The translations under genes were made by a program, and so were the position numbers. Positions 8,560 to 19,274 of a DNA stretch of 64,000 nt are shown one piece after another (the stretch's first letter is position 1; each line of letters opens with the position of its first letter). The DNA lies in the IMG/VR virus record IMGVR_UViG_3300042564_002211; one strand, written 5' to 3'. Origin of the DNA: an uncultured virus (IMG/VR IMGVR_UViG_3300042564_002211). Its lineage: Duplodnaviria; Heunggongvirae; Uroviricota; Caudoviricetes. The notes below the pieces were generated by a model that had not been told where the DNA came from, made no database searches, and worked only from the letters and a program-made list of their open reading frames with translations.

Positions 8560-8576
8560 TTTACAGTCAGTCGCAG

Positions 8577-8990
8577 ATGAAAGACTCGATCTCCGAAATG
8601 CTTCGCGCATTCCCTCCCCAGATCATCCGGCTCTTAGCGCGGGAGGGCAAGGGTCGAGGGGCCAAACGCCTCACGCATCACGACATCGCCAAGCGTAGCG
8701 GACTCTCCTATGAGAAGGTGCGCGACCTGTCGCTGATGAAGTCGTGGGCCAAGGTCTCCATCGGAGACGCTGACGCATTCATGCGAGGCTGCGGCGTCAC
8801 ACTCCGCAACCTCTGGCGTCACCGCTACTTCCTCCGCAGGTCTCTCGACCCGCGAAAGACTGTCAGCCCCCTGTCGTTCACATCGAGGCGGGGCGCAGCG
8901 CAAAAGCCCCCGCCGCCCGAGCTTTTGGTCGCAGCAGCCTTGAGCCGGACACGCTCTTCGGCTTCGAGATCTTCAGCTTCTTCGGCTTGA
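8577..8990 (+). CDS. HTH-like DNA-binding protein
   Basis: LTHHDIAKRSGLSYEKVRDL helix-turn-helix pattern. Confidence 0.65.
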   Translation: MKDSISEMLRAFPPQIIRLLAREGKGRGAKRLTHHDIAKRSGLSYEKVRDLSLMKSWAKVSIGDADAFMRGCGVTLRNLWRHRYFLRRSLDPRKTVSPLSFTSRRGAAQKPPPPELLVAAALSRTRSSASRSSASSA

Positions 8991-11900
8991 GCTTCGACAT
9001 CTTGGTCTTGATCGTCCGCAGCGCCTTGGGTGTTGCGGAGCGGCGGACCTTCCTGAACTTGGAGTTCATTCGATCGATTGCAGTCTTCGGCTTTCCGCCA
9101 ACCCGCTCGTACTCACCGCGGCTTCCCGATTCAGGCACTAGGCTGGCAAGCGCCTTGTTGGCGTCTTCAGCCTTCTGATAGGCAGCACGCTGGCTATCGC
9201 TCATGCGAGAGAGCAACCCCTCACGTTCGTCATCGGTCAGCTTTCGGCCGAACGTCTTCCGATCAACAGATCGGCCGGCGATCGCAGACTTCACAGCACC
9301 GTACGGATCGGTGCCTCCGGTCTTCTTCTTCTCTTCAGCGGCCTGCTCAAGCAGGCTTCTGGCCTCCTCGAGATTGCCACTGGAGGCAGCAGCCTCAGCC
9401 TTCTTGACGAGGTTGCTGAACTTGGTGGGCGTTCCACCCTGGCCGCCCTTGTCGGAGAGCTCCAGCGGGCCAGCAGCGACGCGGGCGGCACGTCCCGCAT
9501 CGGCCGATGCATCTGCAGCACGCACCCCGGGCAGCCGGTTAAGCACAGCATCGGTTCCGGGAACCGTCTGGCGCAGCGTGTTGACCAGCGTTCCGGTCCA
9601 GTCGCCAGTCTTCATGCCGCTCTCGATAGCGGATGAGAACGTCTTGGCCAGCTGCACGCTCTGCGAGAAGCTGGCGATATCAGTCGGGGAGTTCCGGTAG
9701 GTTTGACCACCCACCAGATTGGCGATCGACTCGCCAGCGTAGGGGACCATCAAGCCAATCGACGCCGCGGCCAGCTTCGCGATGCTTCCGGGGGTGGTGT
9801 CTCGAAGCACATCACCAACTCGGGTCACTGCGTACGGACGGCCCTTCACGAATTCGTAGAAGAACCCGCGGATCTCGTTGTTCCATGCGCCAGAGATGGC
9901 AAGCACAGTCAGAAGAAGCGCCATCGAGACCGCTGAGTAAGCAGCGAAATTGATGTAGCCACGCTTCGGATCAACAGCAGTCAGGTTTCCAAGCGTACTG
10001 AAGTACCGGTTCACCCAGCTGGAGAACGTGAACAGGAAGTTGTAGATGCGACCCAACACGGTGCGACCCTGAATCGCCTCAGGCCGCATGCCCTCCATCG
10101 CGGCATTGGTCATGCCGAGAAGCTCGCGTGACACGTCCCGATTGAATCCCTCATCAGCAATCGGCGGGACGTCATCGATGCTAGTGCCGGCAGCCTTGGC
10201 AGCCTGCACCCGCAGCCAGTAGTCGTGCAGCACGCGCTCCAAGCCACCAAGCCCAGAGAACGCCTGACGCATGTTGACCAGAGTCTCGCGCTGCCAACCG
10301 GCCGCCTCGGCCTCAGCCTCGCTAATCAGGTTCTTCGGGTCGGACCAGTTGTCCCATCCGGCAGCGCCAGACGCCGCACGCTTCTCCATGATTGAGATGC
10401 CGGAGCGCATCACAAGGTTCATGGAGTCCTGAATTGACATGAGGTTGATCAGGTTTGCCACTCGATCAACCGAGGCCGGGATGTTTTGGATCGCCAGCGC
10501 GACGTGAGGCAGGAACCACTTCGAGAACACACTCTCGAGCATTTGCGACGTAGATCCCTTGGAGTCGGCAAACCCTTCAACAGGAGATCCATACCCTCCG
10601 AGTTGGCGGATGATTCGAGCACGCTCAAACACGCCCAATCGCGGAGCGGCGAATCCCTCGAAATTGGATCGAGCCTGCATCCTCTGAAACTCCTCGGTGC
10701 GCTCAGCGAACTTGCGCATCAGGAACATGGACTTGGACTTGTTGGCCTTGAGCCATCCAGACACCGCCTTGTTCTCGGAAGACAGCGCGGCAGCGGTATC
10801 CCAAGCGCCTCTGACAATCTGCAGCAGGCTCTGTTTGACCAGGCTCTTCGGCTTGTACCCCTGAAGATAGATGCTCGGAGTGAACTGGCCGGCGGTCACA
10901 GCCTGAGTGAAGTTCATGATCGCCGATGTCAGCTGGGCAACCAGCATCACTCGGCGAACCTGAAGCATGTCCTCGATTACGGTGGTCTGAAGACGCCCAA
11001 CAGCAGGCTTCTCAAGCGTCTGCTTAAGAACATCGAGGCTGTTGTTGATCATCGTAACGAGATCTCTCAGCTGGCCTTGGTTCAGATACGCCTTGCCTGA
11101 GAGCACGTTGCGCTTCGGTTCAGTCCATTCGCGATTGAGATACCCAGCTGAACCAGTCCGGCTCTTGATCTCATCGTTGATCTTGGCGAGCTCAGCCTCG
11201 AACGCCTTCTTGGCATCACCCATCAACGCCAACTGGCGCATACGAATCGGCATCATGGCCGAGTGCGCGATCACGCCCTTGGCGCTGTCGCTCGACAGCG
11301 TGAAGTTGTAGAAGTTGGACGGAGCAACCATGTCACCACGAGGCTTGGTGAAGTTGTTTGATCCGCTGATGATCGAGTTAAACGAGTTGGCAGACAGTGC
11401 ATCGGTCTTCAGAGCGGCAGTCTCTTCATCGCGATCAGAACCCTGAACCTGAGTCAGGTAAGACTCGACGAACTGACTGATCTCGTCGACCAGGCGCTGC
11501 GTTATCGCAGCCTTGCGAATCAACTCGTCGCCGACATCTGGAGCCATTGCGTCGATGTCGTTGACAAGATCATCCAGAGTTCCAGGCAGCTTGCCAGTGG
11601 ACGCATAGCGATCTGCGAGTGCTTGGTAGATCTTCGCGTACGGAGAGTTCCTCTTGTAGAGAGGGCTCATCTCCGTGACGTGCTTGAGTGCAAAGTTGAC
11701 GAACCACTTGCGATCCTGAAGAAGCGCAAGCCGGTTAGAGTATGCAGTGGATGCGCTAGTGCCGTAGTTGTACCACCGCTTCGCCATTTCGAGCACGCTT
11801 CCGGGAAGCTCGCTTCGATCCAGAATCATCGGAGTCGTGAACGCGCCACCCGCATAAGCGTAACGATATCGGGTACGCTTCTCTCCGTTCTGAATGAACG

Positions 11901-14900
11901 ACTCCTGAACCAGAGTCGGATAGTACATGGCGATGCCGCCGTTCTCGGAACCGCGAGCCGCCTTGTAGATCGCGTCAGCGAACCGAGCCTGAAGCTCGGC
12001 CGCCTTCACATCCTCCTTGGTGATGACGTGGCCGAATGCGGTGGTGTCGCCAACCTTGAGGTTGCGACCAGTGCGCTCCTGATTGCTTCCGAGGAACTCG
12101 TTCAGAACCTCCTTGTCCCAAGTGCGAGCATCGAGACCGGGGTGGCTCTTGATAGCGTTGTCGACGGCAAGGTTGATCGCGTACTCACCGTACCGCGGAT
12201 TCATGCGAGCCGCCTCAATGCCAGAAGCAACCGACATGGATACCTTGAGCAGGATTCGGAGCTCCTTGCCGACAGTGCCCGGCATCAAAGACAAGACGTA
12301 AGCGCGATCGATCAGCGGCGTAAGGATCGGGATTGCGACACGCAGCCGGTTGATGATGTCGAAGCTGTTGATCGCAAGCGCAGCGTCACCCATCGGGTTG
12401 GAGAACAACGTCAGCTTGGTGCGCATCCACATCAGCTTGTAGCGATCGATCGGGCTCAGCGGCTTCTTGAGCTCTGACTCAATCGCGGCAAGCGCACTCA
12501 TCACAACAGCGTTGTTGTTCGCGTTGACGGCCGGATCGGCGCTGTACTCGATGGTGTACAGCTGAGAACCAATCTTGTAGGTGACCTTGCGGTCGCTCTT
12601 AGCACCCTCGGCACCACCGTAATCGCCAGCGTTGCTGGACAGGATGTTCAGGCTGCGGATTGCCTCCTCGTACTGAGACGAGAACTCAGGCGACGCGACA
12701 AGGTTGTCGTAAACGTCGAGCTCTTGAACCAACTTGAGGATCTTGCGCTCCATCCGGTTGATGGTGTTGTCGAGCAGTCGCGCCTCCTCGATGGCTTTAG
12801 ACTGCTTCTGAAGCACTCGGCGATAGAGGCGAGCAAATGCGCGAGGGTTCACCTTGCGCTGCTTGTTGCCCGTCATTCCAGCGACAGCCTTCTCGAACGC
12901 ATCCACAGAAGCCTTCACCCCGGCGATGTTGGAGTTGATCTTCTTGATCATCTTCAACGCGGGGATCAACCGGCGCATGGACTGAAGCGGCGTCTTGCCG
13001 GATGAACCAACAGTGAAGAGCGTGTTGATCGTCTCCGGCAGAACCTTTCCATCCAACATCTTGCGAGTAGCGATGATGTTGACGATGTCGTCGTTGGACT
13101 GAGCGTTGTTGAGCTCAGCATCCGTGACGCCTTCAGCAATCGCCGAGATCGCCTTGCGCATCTGGTCGGACTCCTTGTGCGTGCGGCGCACAATCTCAGA
13201 CTCTTTCTCGATGGCTGTTTTTTGAGCAACGCTCAACGCGCCACTGACCGACTTCACGTCATCAACGTACTCCTTGTAGTCTTCGACAAGGTTGTCAACG
13301 ACACCAGTGGTTGCAGCCACTTCAGCGTTTGCTGAGGCGAGGTTAGCTTTCAGTCCGTTGATCGAAGCGGCGTATTGCTGGCGCTCTTTTTCAAGCTCTT
13401 CAAGCACCTTGCTGCGTTCGTTCTCCACGTTTCTAGCCAGCTTATCGACAGCATGCGCAGCCTCGTGCTTGGCCTGTTCATCCTGCCATGTGGCAGTCGG
13501 CATAGAGGACAGCGGTTTTGGCGATTGCGATGCGCCAGCCTGTTCAACAAGCCAATTCAAACTGCGACGCACCTTGGAAGGAAGCGTTGCAATCTGAGCA
13601 ACGATCGAAGCAGGGATCATCTGAGCCTGCGTCGCCGCCAAGTTCTCGATCGCGGCGATGTTGGCAGCGTTGAGTCCGGGTACAGATGTCAGGTCGTTCA
13701 GCTGCTCGGCGCTCTCAATCTGCGGTGCAGACATGAGCTCACCAACACCCTGATCACCCTCGCTGATGGCGACGTTAGGCGCGAACTGCTCGGTGCTCAG
13801 GTTGACAATCTGATCGAGCAGGGACTTCTGCTCACCCTTGAACCCGAACAGGCGGCCAATCAGGTTTAGGAACTTGGTCCACAGCGACTGGCCATCCTTG
13901 TCGACCACACCGTTCAGCGCATCACGGAACTCCTGACTAGACATCGACTCGCCAACGAACTCAGCGAGGTTGTTGAAGTTGGAGCCGTGCTCCTGCAGAC
14001 CGTAGAAGCTGTTCGCTCCAAGAGCGTTGACGGCAGCGTCGCGCAACCGGCGAACCTCGTTGCGGAAACTCACGTTGGTGCGCAGCGCGTACACCGTGGC
14101 CGCGTGGACCGCCTCGTGCATGACCAAGTAGTCGTGCGACGCAGCAGACTGTCGGATGTAGATCGTGTCGGACTGAGGGTTGGAGTCGTAGAACGCGGCC
14201 TGTCCGGGGCGCGGAGCGACGCGATCGAACTCGGCGTCGGACAGCACAACCACACGGGCACGGAGCTTGGCCTTGAGCAGCTTCTCAGCGATGCCGCGCA
14301 TCCAGCTGCTGGCAGCGTTGCCGGAAAGCACGGTGTTGATGGCGTCGGCCAGGGTTATCTCGCCCCGCTGGAGGGACTGGTTTCCGGTGTCTTGGGTGGC
14401 AGCGTTGGCAAGGAGAGCTTCGCCTTCAACGATTGCCGCCTCAACGCCATCGATACCCTTCTCATCGTAGATGTCTTGAAGGTTTCCAGATGCAGTGAGA
14501 CCGACGCTGCCGAGAGTTTCCGCGATTTTTTCAGGTGTTGTACCCTCTCTTCTGAGTGCTTCAGTGACGCTTGCTGGCGCGTTGTAAATCAGTGACTTGA
14601 AGCCGCTGATAACAGCGTTAGTGAACTCAGCTGGAGTCAGCTGCCGACCACGCACAGCAGCCTCGGCCTTCTGGATTGCAGGAACAACAGCATCAGCAAG
14701 CGCCTCGACGTTCCTAAAGATGGACGCCATCGACGCAGCACTCTCCTTCTGGACAGGCTGAGCGAACTGCTCGATCGGCGAGCTCTCCTCTCCATCTTCG
14801 TCGACGGACGAGCTCATCGAGGTTGTTTTCTTTTCGACGAGTGACTTCTTGCGTGAGTTGCGAACAGCCCAGAGCAGGTTCTTCTTTGGCGAGAACCCAA

Positions 14901-17652
14901 CAGGCGATTTGCTGTCGATGTTCTTGAGCACCCACTTCTTCAGGCCGCGATCGTAGTTTGTTAATACATCGTCTATTTCGACGTTGGCTGCACTTTGCTG
15001 GCCATCAATGAAGTCGAATGCGGTCTGCTGGTTGAACGCGGCCTCCATGGCCACGGACGCCCGCGTGCCAACCTGTTCACGAAGAGCATCCAACGCCTCC
15101 TCGTCAGCCTCGTTCTCGTTGAGAGCGCCCCTCATGAGCTCGGAGAACCTGGGCCACATGGGATGGTTCACACCATCCTCCAAGATCGCTGCCACATTCT
15201 CGTCGTCGGTCTGGGTAATCTTCGACGGGCGGCCGACCTTCTTCTTCTCCTCCTGCTTCACCGGCTCACGCTTCTCGAGTAGGTTGGAGTTGATCACCGG
15301 GTACACACCACTGAGCTCGATGTTGCCGATCTTCTGGGTGTTCGGAGCCTTCTTGGACAGCTGCGTGACGCGAACCTGCGGCACCCCGTCCTTGATGGAG
15401 TCGATGGTGCCAAGCACCTCGTTCTTACCGGCGGCGGTGCGCCAGCGAATGGTGTCACCAGCCTTGATCTCGGTGCCATCACTGTACTTGGGCGCGGCTA
15501 CTGGTCCTTGGGGCGCGATTGTTTGCGAACCTGCTGGCCCACTAGGCGTTTGGGTTTTGGCGGGCTGGACCGGGGCCACAGCCGCCGCTGAAGGCGCTTG
15601 GATTTGTGTACCATTTGAAGAGACGACCGGGGCTGCAACTGGGACACCACCCACAGGAGCAGCCCCGGTTCCCACCGGTAGCGAGGATTCAGTCGGCAGG
15701 GAAGTCGGGGTAGCGGCGGCAGCGGCCTCCGCAGCAGCAGCCTCAGCGGCAGCCTTCTCGGAAGCAGCCTTCTCGGCGGCAGCACGGGCTTGGGCCGCGG
15801 CTTGCTCGCGGGCGGCTTGCTCTTGAGCAGCCTTCTCGGCGGCAGCCTTCTCAGCGGCAAGACGCTTGGCCTCAGCGCGTGCAGCAATCTCGGCTTCGAT
15901 CTGGGCGTTGAGCTCCCTATCGCGCCTCTGGGCGTCTTCCAGCAGCGCCCTCAGGTTGGAGCCGGCATCAGGCCGAATAGGCTGGGGAACCTCGCCGCGA
16001 GCGCCCGGCCCGAATTGATTGGCCTGATTCTCTTCAAGCTGTGAGAGCCTTGATCCAACCCCAGCGGCAGCGCGGTTAGCGATGGCTTCATCTTTCTGGC
16101 GTTCATCAAGGAGGCGCAGCATCACATCGATGCCTGCGTCTTCCATCTTTTGAGGAACCTCACCACGGACTCCCGGGCCGTAACGGTTTTCCTGATCTTG
16201 CTCCAGTCTCGAAAGAGAACCAGCCACACCGGAAGCAGCGCGTTGAACAGCAAGGCTCTGTTCACGCTCGAGCTTGGCGCTCTCCTCAGCCATGGCTTGA
16301 TCAGCCTCATCCATCCACGCTGGACGGGTGCGACCACGCTCACGCCCTCGAGGGGCAGTCTCAGAATCGTACAGCGATGAAGCAGGGTCGACCTGCTGGG
16401 AAGTAGCGGCTTCCTGCACTGGGGCTGCAGCAGGGATGATCGCCTCAGCAGCAGTGACAGCATCGAGAGCCTCCTGAGCCCTATCACGCTGACTCTTGGT
16501 GAGCCGACCCTTGGCCAGCGTCGAAGCCAGTCGAGCGGAGTTGAACCCAGCATCGATCAAACCGAAGCCGATCGCCTCGGTGGCCAGCTGCTCAAGCGAC
16601 GGGGCTTGGTAGTCCTGCACACCGATTGCGGCACGGCCGAGCTCACCGGCCCGCTCCTCCAGCATTTCACCGAACACGCCGTTCCACTTGGTGGTGTTGC
16701 GAACAGCATCGAGGAAGTCGTTGCCCTCGAACATGCCAGGGTACTTCTGGGCAACACGACCCGCCACCGCCTGCTTGAGGCCAGAGGTCCAGTCGATCGT
16801 CTTGCCGAGACCAGCCTTTCGGGCACCGGCACCGAGCATGTCGGTGAGGAACCCACCAGACCGCTCGCTCAGCACCTCAATGAACTGGTCTCCGAGCGCC
16901 TTGTAGGCAGCCGTCATGAACGGGTCGCCCTGCTTGGTCTCGGTGAAGTAGGTGCCTTCAGGGGACTCCTCCAGGTCAAAGCCCGGGGTCATCCGCTCAG
17001 CGGTTCCCGACACGATGCGAGTAGCACCGGAAGGAATGGTCTGAGCAGCAGCGCCGGCAACACCTCGAACGATCCGACCACTGACCTTGTCGGCAGCCCA
17101 GTCTGCAGCTTTGCGGGTTGCCGTGTAGGCGGTCTCCTTGCCAAGCGCCTTGACGGCAGTTGCAGCAGCCTTGACTGCGGCCTTCTCGCCAGCGGTAGCA
17201 GCGCCGCCGGTCAGGGCCAGTTCACCAGCGAAGCCGGGAGCCTCGCCAAGAACTCGACCGACACCGTACGCAATCCGCTCCATCGTTCCGCGGCCCTCGG
17301 CCTCAGCGGCAGCCCTGTCTTCCTCGGCCTTGTACTCACGCAGACGCTGCATCTGCTCGTCAGAGGCGGTGCCTTCCCGGGCAGCAAGAGCCGCGCTCAG
17401 GACGCCGACAGACTTCACCGCCTCTTTTCCACCGCTGTAGAACGGAATACCGCCAGCCTCGAACCCGCGGCCGAAACCGCTGGTGAACGAGTCCCACACG
17501 CCCTGCTTCTCAGCAGCTGATGCGACCTGATCCTGCGCAGCTGATGGCGAACTGAAATAGTTCTGGTTAACGTACTGGTCGATTTGCTCATCGGACCAGT
17601 CGTCTCCGAACTGAAGGTTTCCGTGGCCTTCAACTGCAATGATCTTGGGCAT
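8878..17652 (-). CDS. giant (2924 aa) internal virion/ejection protein with zincin-like HExxH domain
   Basis: Last gene of the structural block, Ala-rich helical, YLVMHEAVH..EFVGE motif, basic C-terminal tail. Confidence 0.75.
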   Translation of the reverse strand: MPKIIAVEGHGNLQFGDDWSDEQIDQYVNQNYFSSPSAAQDQVASAAEKQGVWDSFTSGFGRGFEAGGIPFYSGGKEAVKSVGVLSAALAAREGTASDEQMQRLREYKAEEDRAAAEAEGRGTMERIAYGVGRVLGEAPGFAGELALTGGAATAGEKAAVKAAATAVKALGKETAYTATRKAADWAADKVSGRIVRGVAGAAAQTIPSGATRIVSGTAERMTPGFDLEESPEGTYFTETKQGDPFMTAAYKALGDQFIEVLSERSGGFLTDMLGAGARKAGLGKTIDWTSGLKQAVAGRVAQKYPGMFEGNDFLDAVRNTTKWNGVFGEMLEERAGELGRAAIGVQDYQAPSLEQLATEAIGFGLIDAGFNSARLASTLAKGRLTKSQRDRAQEALDAVTAAEAIIPAAAPVQEAATSQQVDPASSLYDSETAPRGRERGRTRPAWMDEADQAMAEESAKLEREQSLAVQRAASGVAGSLSRLEQDQENRYGPGVRGEVPQKMEDAGIDVMLRLLDERQKDEAIANRAAAGVGSRLSQLEENQANQFGPGARGEVPQPIRPDAGSNLRALLEDAQRRDRELNAQIEAEIAARAEAKRLAAEKAAAEKAAQEQAAREQAAAQARAAAEKAASEKAAAEAAAAEAAAAATPTSLPTESSLPVGTGAAPVGGVPVAAPVVSSNGTQIQAPSAAAVAPVQPAKTQTPSGPAGSQTIAPQGPVAAPKYSDGTEIKAGDTIRWRTAAGKNEVLGTIDSIKDGVPQVRVTQLSKKAPNTQKIGNIELSGVYPVINSNLLEKREPVKQEEKKKVGRPSKITQTDDENVAAILEDGVNHPMWPRFSELMRGALNENEADEEALDALREQVGTRASVAMEAAFNQQTAFDFIDGQQSAANVEIDDVLTNYDRGLKKWVLKNIDSKSPVGFSPKKNLLWAVRNSRKKSLVEKKTTSMSSSVDEDGEESSPIEQFAQPVQKESAASMASIFRNVEALADAVVPAIQKAEAAVRGRQLTPAEFTNAVISGFKSLIYNAPASVTEALRREGTTPEKIAETLGSVGLTASGNLQDIYDEKGIDGVEAAIVEGEALLANAATQDTGNQSLQRGEITLADAINTVLSGNAASSWMRGIAEKLLKAKLRARVVVLSDAEFDRVAPRPGQAAFYDSNPQSDTIYIRQSAASHDYLVMHEAVHAATVYALRTNVSFRNEVRRLRDAAVNALGANSFYGLQEHGSNFNNLAEFVGESMSSQEFRDALNGVVDKDGQSLWTKFLNLIGRLFGFKGEQKSLLDQIVNLSTEQFAPNVAISEGDQGVGELMSAPQIESAEQLNDLTSVPGLNAANIAAIENLAATQAQMIPASIVAQIATLPSKVRRSLNWLVEQAGASQSPKPLSSMPTATWQDEQAKHEAAHAVDKLARNVENERSKVLEELEKERQQYAASINGLKANLASANAEVAATTGVVDNLVEDYKEYVDDVKSVSGALSVAQKTAIEKESEIVRRTHKESDQMRKAISAIAEGVTDAELNNAQSNDDIVNIIATRKMLDGKVLPETINTLFTVGSSGKTPLQSMRRLIPALKMIKKINSNIAGVKASVDAFEKAVAGMTGNKQRKVNPRAFARLYRRVLQKQSKAIEEARLLDNTINRMERKILKLVQELDVYDNLVASPEFSSQYEEAIRSLNILSSNAGDYGGAEGAKSDRKVTYKIGSQLYTIEYSADPAVNANNNAVVMSALAAIESELKKPLSPIDRYKLMWMRTKLTLFSNPMGDAALAINSFDIINRLRVAIPILTPLIDRAYVLSLMPGTVGKELRILLKVSMSVASGIEAARMNPRYGEYAINLAVDNAIKSHPGLDARTWDKEVLNEFLGSNQERTGRNLKVGDTTAFGHVITKEDVKAAELQARFADAIYKAARGSENGGIAMYYPTLVQESFIQNGEKRTRYRYAYAGGAFTTPMILDRSELPGSVLEMAKRWYNYGTSASTAYSNRLALLQDRKWFVNFALKHVTEMSPLYKRNSPYAKIYQALADRYASTGKLPGTLDDLVNDIDAMAPDVGDELIRKAAITQRLVDEISQFVESYLTQVQGSDRDEETAALKTDALSANSFNSIISGSNNFTKPRGDMVAPSNFYNFTLSSDSAKGVIAHSAMMPIRMRQLALMGDAKKAFEAELAKINDEIKSRTGSAGYLNREWTEPKRNVLSGKAYLNQGQLRDLVTMINNSLDVLKQTLEKPAVGRLQTTVIEDMLQVRRVMLVAQLTSAIMNFTQAVTAGQFTPSIYLQGYKPKSLVKQSLLQIVRGAWDTAAALSSENKAVSGWLKANKSKSMFLMRKFAERTEEFQRMQARSNFEGFAAPRLGVFERARIIRQLGGYGSPVEGFADSKGSTSQMLESVFSKWFLPHVALAIQNIPASVDRVANLINLMSIQDSMNLVMRSGISIMEKRAASGAAGWDNWSDPKNLISEAEAEAAGWQRETLVNMRQAFSGLGGLERVLHDYWLRVQAAKAAGTSIDDVPPIADEGFNRDVSRELLGMTNAAMEGMRPEAIQGRTVLGRIYNFLFTFSSWVNRYFSTLGNLTAVDPKRGYINFAAYSAVSMALLLTVLAISGAWNNEIRGFFYEFVKGRPYAVTRVGDVLRDTTPGSIAKLAAASIGLMVPYAGESIANLVGGQTYRNSPTDIASFSQSVQLAKTFSSAIESGMKTGDWTGTLVNTLRQTVPGTDAVLNRLPGVRAADASADAGRAARVAAGPLELSDKGGQGGTPTKFSNLVKKAEAAASSGNLEEARSLLEQAAEEKKKTGGTDPYGAVKSAIAGRSVDRKTFGRKLTDDEREGLLSRMSDSQRAAYQKAEDANKALASLVPESGSRGEYERVGGKPKTAIDRMNSKFRKVRRSATPKALRTIKTKMSKLKPKKLKISKPKSVSGSRLLRPKARAAGAFALRPASM

Positions 17653-17719
17653 TTGCGTGTAGGTCTTTTGTGCTGAGCGAAGTGATAAACGCCTGCTAGG
17701 ACGGCTGTCAGCTACCGAC

Positions 17720-19240
17720 TTACTGTTGCGTTCTGGTCATCCAATCCAAAGACGGAAGTTCGCGGTTCCGATACCCGCGATAGCCAGGAGAATAAGTGCC
17801 GGTCACATCTGCAGCAGAGTTCAGCGAATTGATGTACACGCTGTTTTTAACATCCTGAGGAAGACCCTCGAACTGCTGCTCGTAATTGCTCCAGTTGTCA
17901 GCCACAACAGAGCGCGGTCGCTTGTAGCGGTTGCTTGCGCCAACCTGCTCAGGCTCAACACCAAGAGCACTGGCCGCTCCAGTGTAGAACGGAGTTGTCA
18001 AAGCACCTGTAGCGCCAGCATTGGAGACAGTGCGCTCCTTCTGTTGCAACTCCCGACCTCGAGCTCTAAATGCTTCAGCAGGGGAAGGGGGGCCAAACTG
18101 TTGAGATTGATCAATCGGCTCACCCTGATCCTGGGGAGGCGCAGACTGAGAGACAGGCCGCTGACGACCACCCCGATTGAGCACTCGAGTCGGAGCGGCA
18201 TTGGTAGGAGCAGCGGTCGGCGATGACATGCCCTGACCCCGAGGCACGTCGTAGCGGTCATCACGCAGAATCTCGTCAACTCCAGGACGAGAGCCAAAGC
18301 GAGCGTCAACAACACGTCGAGCCACGTTGCTGAGTGCTTCGTCATACGCCTGATCTTCAGACAAGCCTTGAGCTTTCAGTCGTTTTTGTTCAGCGAGAAT
18401 CTGCTCAGTGCGATTGCTGTTAGGCATCCACGACGAGAAACCACTGGCCTCTGATTCAAAGTCCTTGTTCAGCTGATCCATGGTGGAGCCATAAGCACTG
18501 CGACGTTGGGCGTCCTGCTCCTGCTGATAGGACATCCGCATGAGACGCGCATTCTCGCCGGCAGGGTTGGTAGCAGCACGAAACTGCTGCAGCCCCTCAA
18601 CACCGCCTTGATCGAACGCAAGCTGTTCGGCACGCGGGAGTCGATCGTACTGCAGCTGAGCCGCCTTAAGCCGGTTGGCAGAGTCGAACCTGTTGGCTCC
18701 GGCCAGGATATCAGTGCTTCGGACGCCAGCCTCAGCGCCGAATTCACCTGCCTCGGCCATGCGGCGGGTATTTGCTCGAGACGTGCTGAAACCTTCCATT
18801 CCAAGGCGCTCGCCAGACTGAATCCGGTCAGCCTCATTACGGGTCAACCCAGTTCGATACGTACCCATGCTCTCGGTGTCGAGTCGACGGCTTCCGGCAT
18901 CGGTCTTTCCGATTTCAACCTGACCCTCGCGAAACCGGTTCAATCCGCCGACGTTTTCACGACCGGTCTCACCCTCGTACCGGCGAGTCCGGGCGTCTTC
19001 CATGCCGATGTCGACTTGGCCACGACGATAGTCGTTCATGCCCGACACGTTCATGCGGTTGATGGCCAACTCCTCCATGCCACGACGATCGAGAGCCTCT
19101 CCCTCGCGACGGCGGAGATTGGTGTTGGACACCTGATTGAGGAAGTTACGGTAGGAGTTCGCCTCAGCCTGCTGGCTGGCCTGTTGAGCCGCCTTGTTGG
19201 CCATCAGCGAGTCCAACGTCGATCCATAAGCGTCTGCCAT
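17720..19240 (-). CDS. putative internal virion (ejection) protein
   Basis: Position between tail genes and the giant protein; G/R/Q/A-rich. Confidence 0.6.
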   Translation of the reverse strand: MADAYGSTLDSLMANKAAQQASQQAEANSYRNFLNQVSNTNLRRREGEALDRRGMEELAINRMNVSGMNDYRRGQVDIGMEDARTRRYEGETGRENVGGLNRFREGQVEIGKTDAGSRRLDTESMGTYRTGLTRNEADRIQSGERLGMEGFSTSRANTRRMAEAGEFGAEAGVRSTDILAGANRFDSANRLKAAQLQYDRLPRAEQLAFDQGGVEGLQQFRAATNPAGENARLMRMSYQQEQDAQRRSAYGSTMDQLNKDFESEASGFSSWMPNSNRTEQILAEQKRLKAQGLSEDQAYDEALSNVARRVVDARFGSRPGVDEILRDDRYDVPRGQGMSSPTAAPTNAAPTRVLNRGGRQRPVSQSAPPQDQGEPIDQSQQFGPPSPAEAFRARGRELQQKERTVSNAGATGALTTPFYTGAASALGVEPEQVGASNRYKRPRSVVADNWSNYEQQFEGLPQDVKNSVYINSLNSAADVTGTYSPGYRGYRNRELPSLDWMTRTQQ

Positions 19241-19274
19241 AAATTTATTAGGTCTGATTGTTGTTCAGGGTTGA

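Noticed and set aside
8878..17652. Virion RNA polymerase (N4- or crAss-like) as the giant protein
   Set aside because: No DxDGD/DFDID or T7-like polymerase motifs were found by eye.
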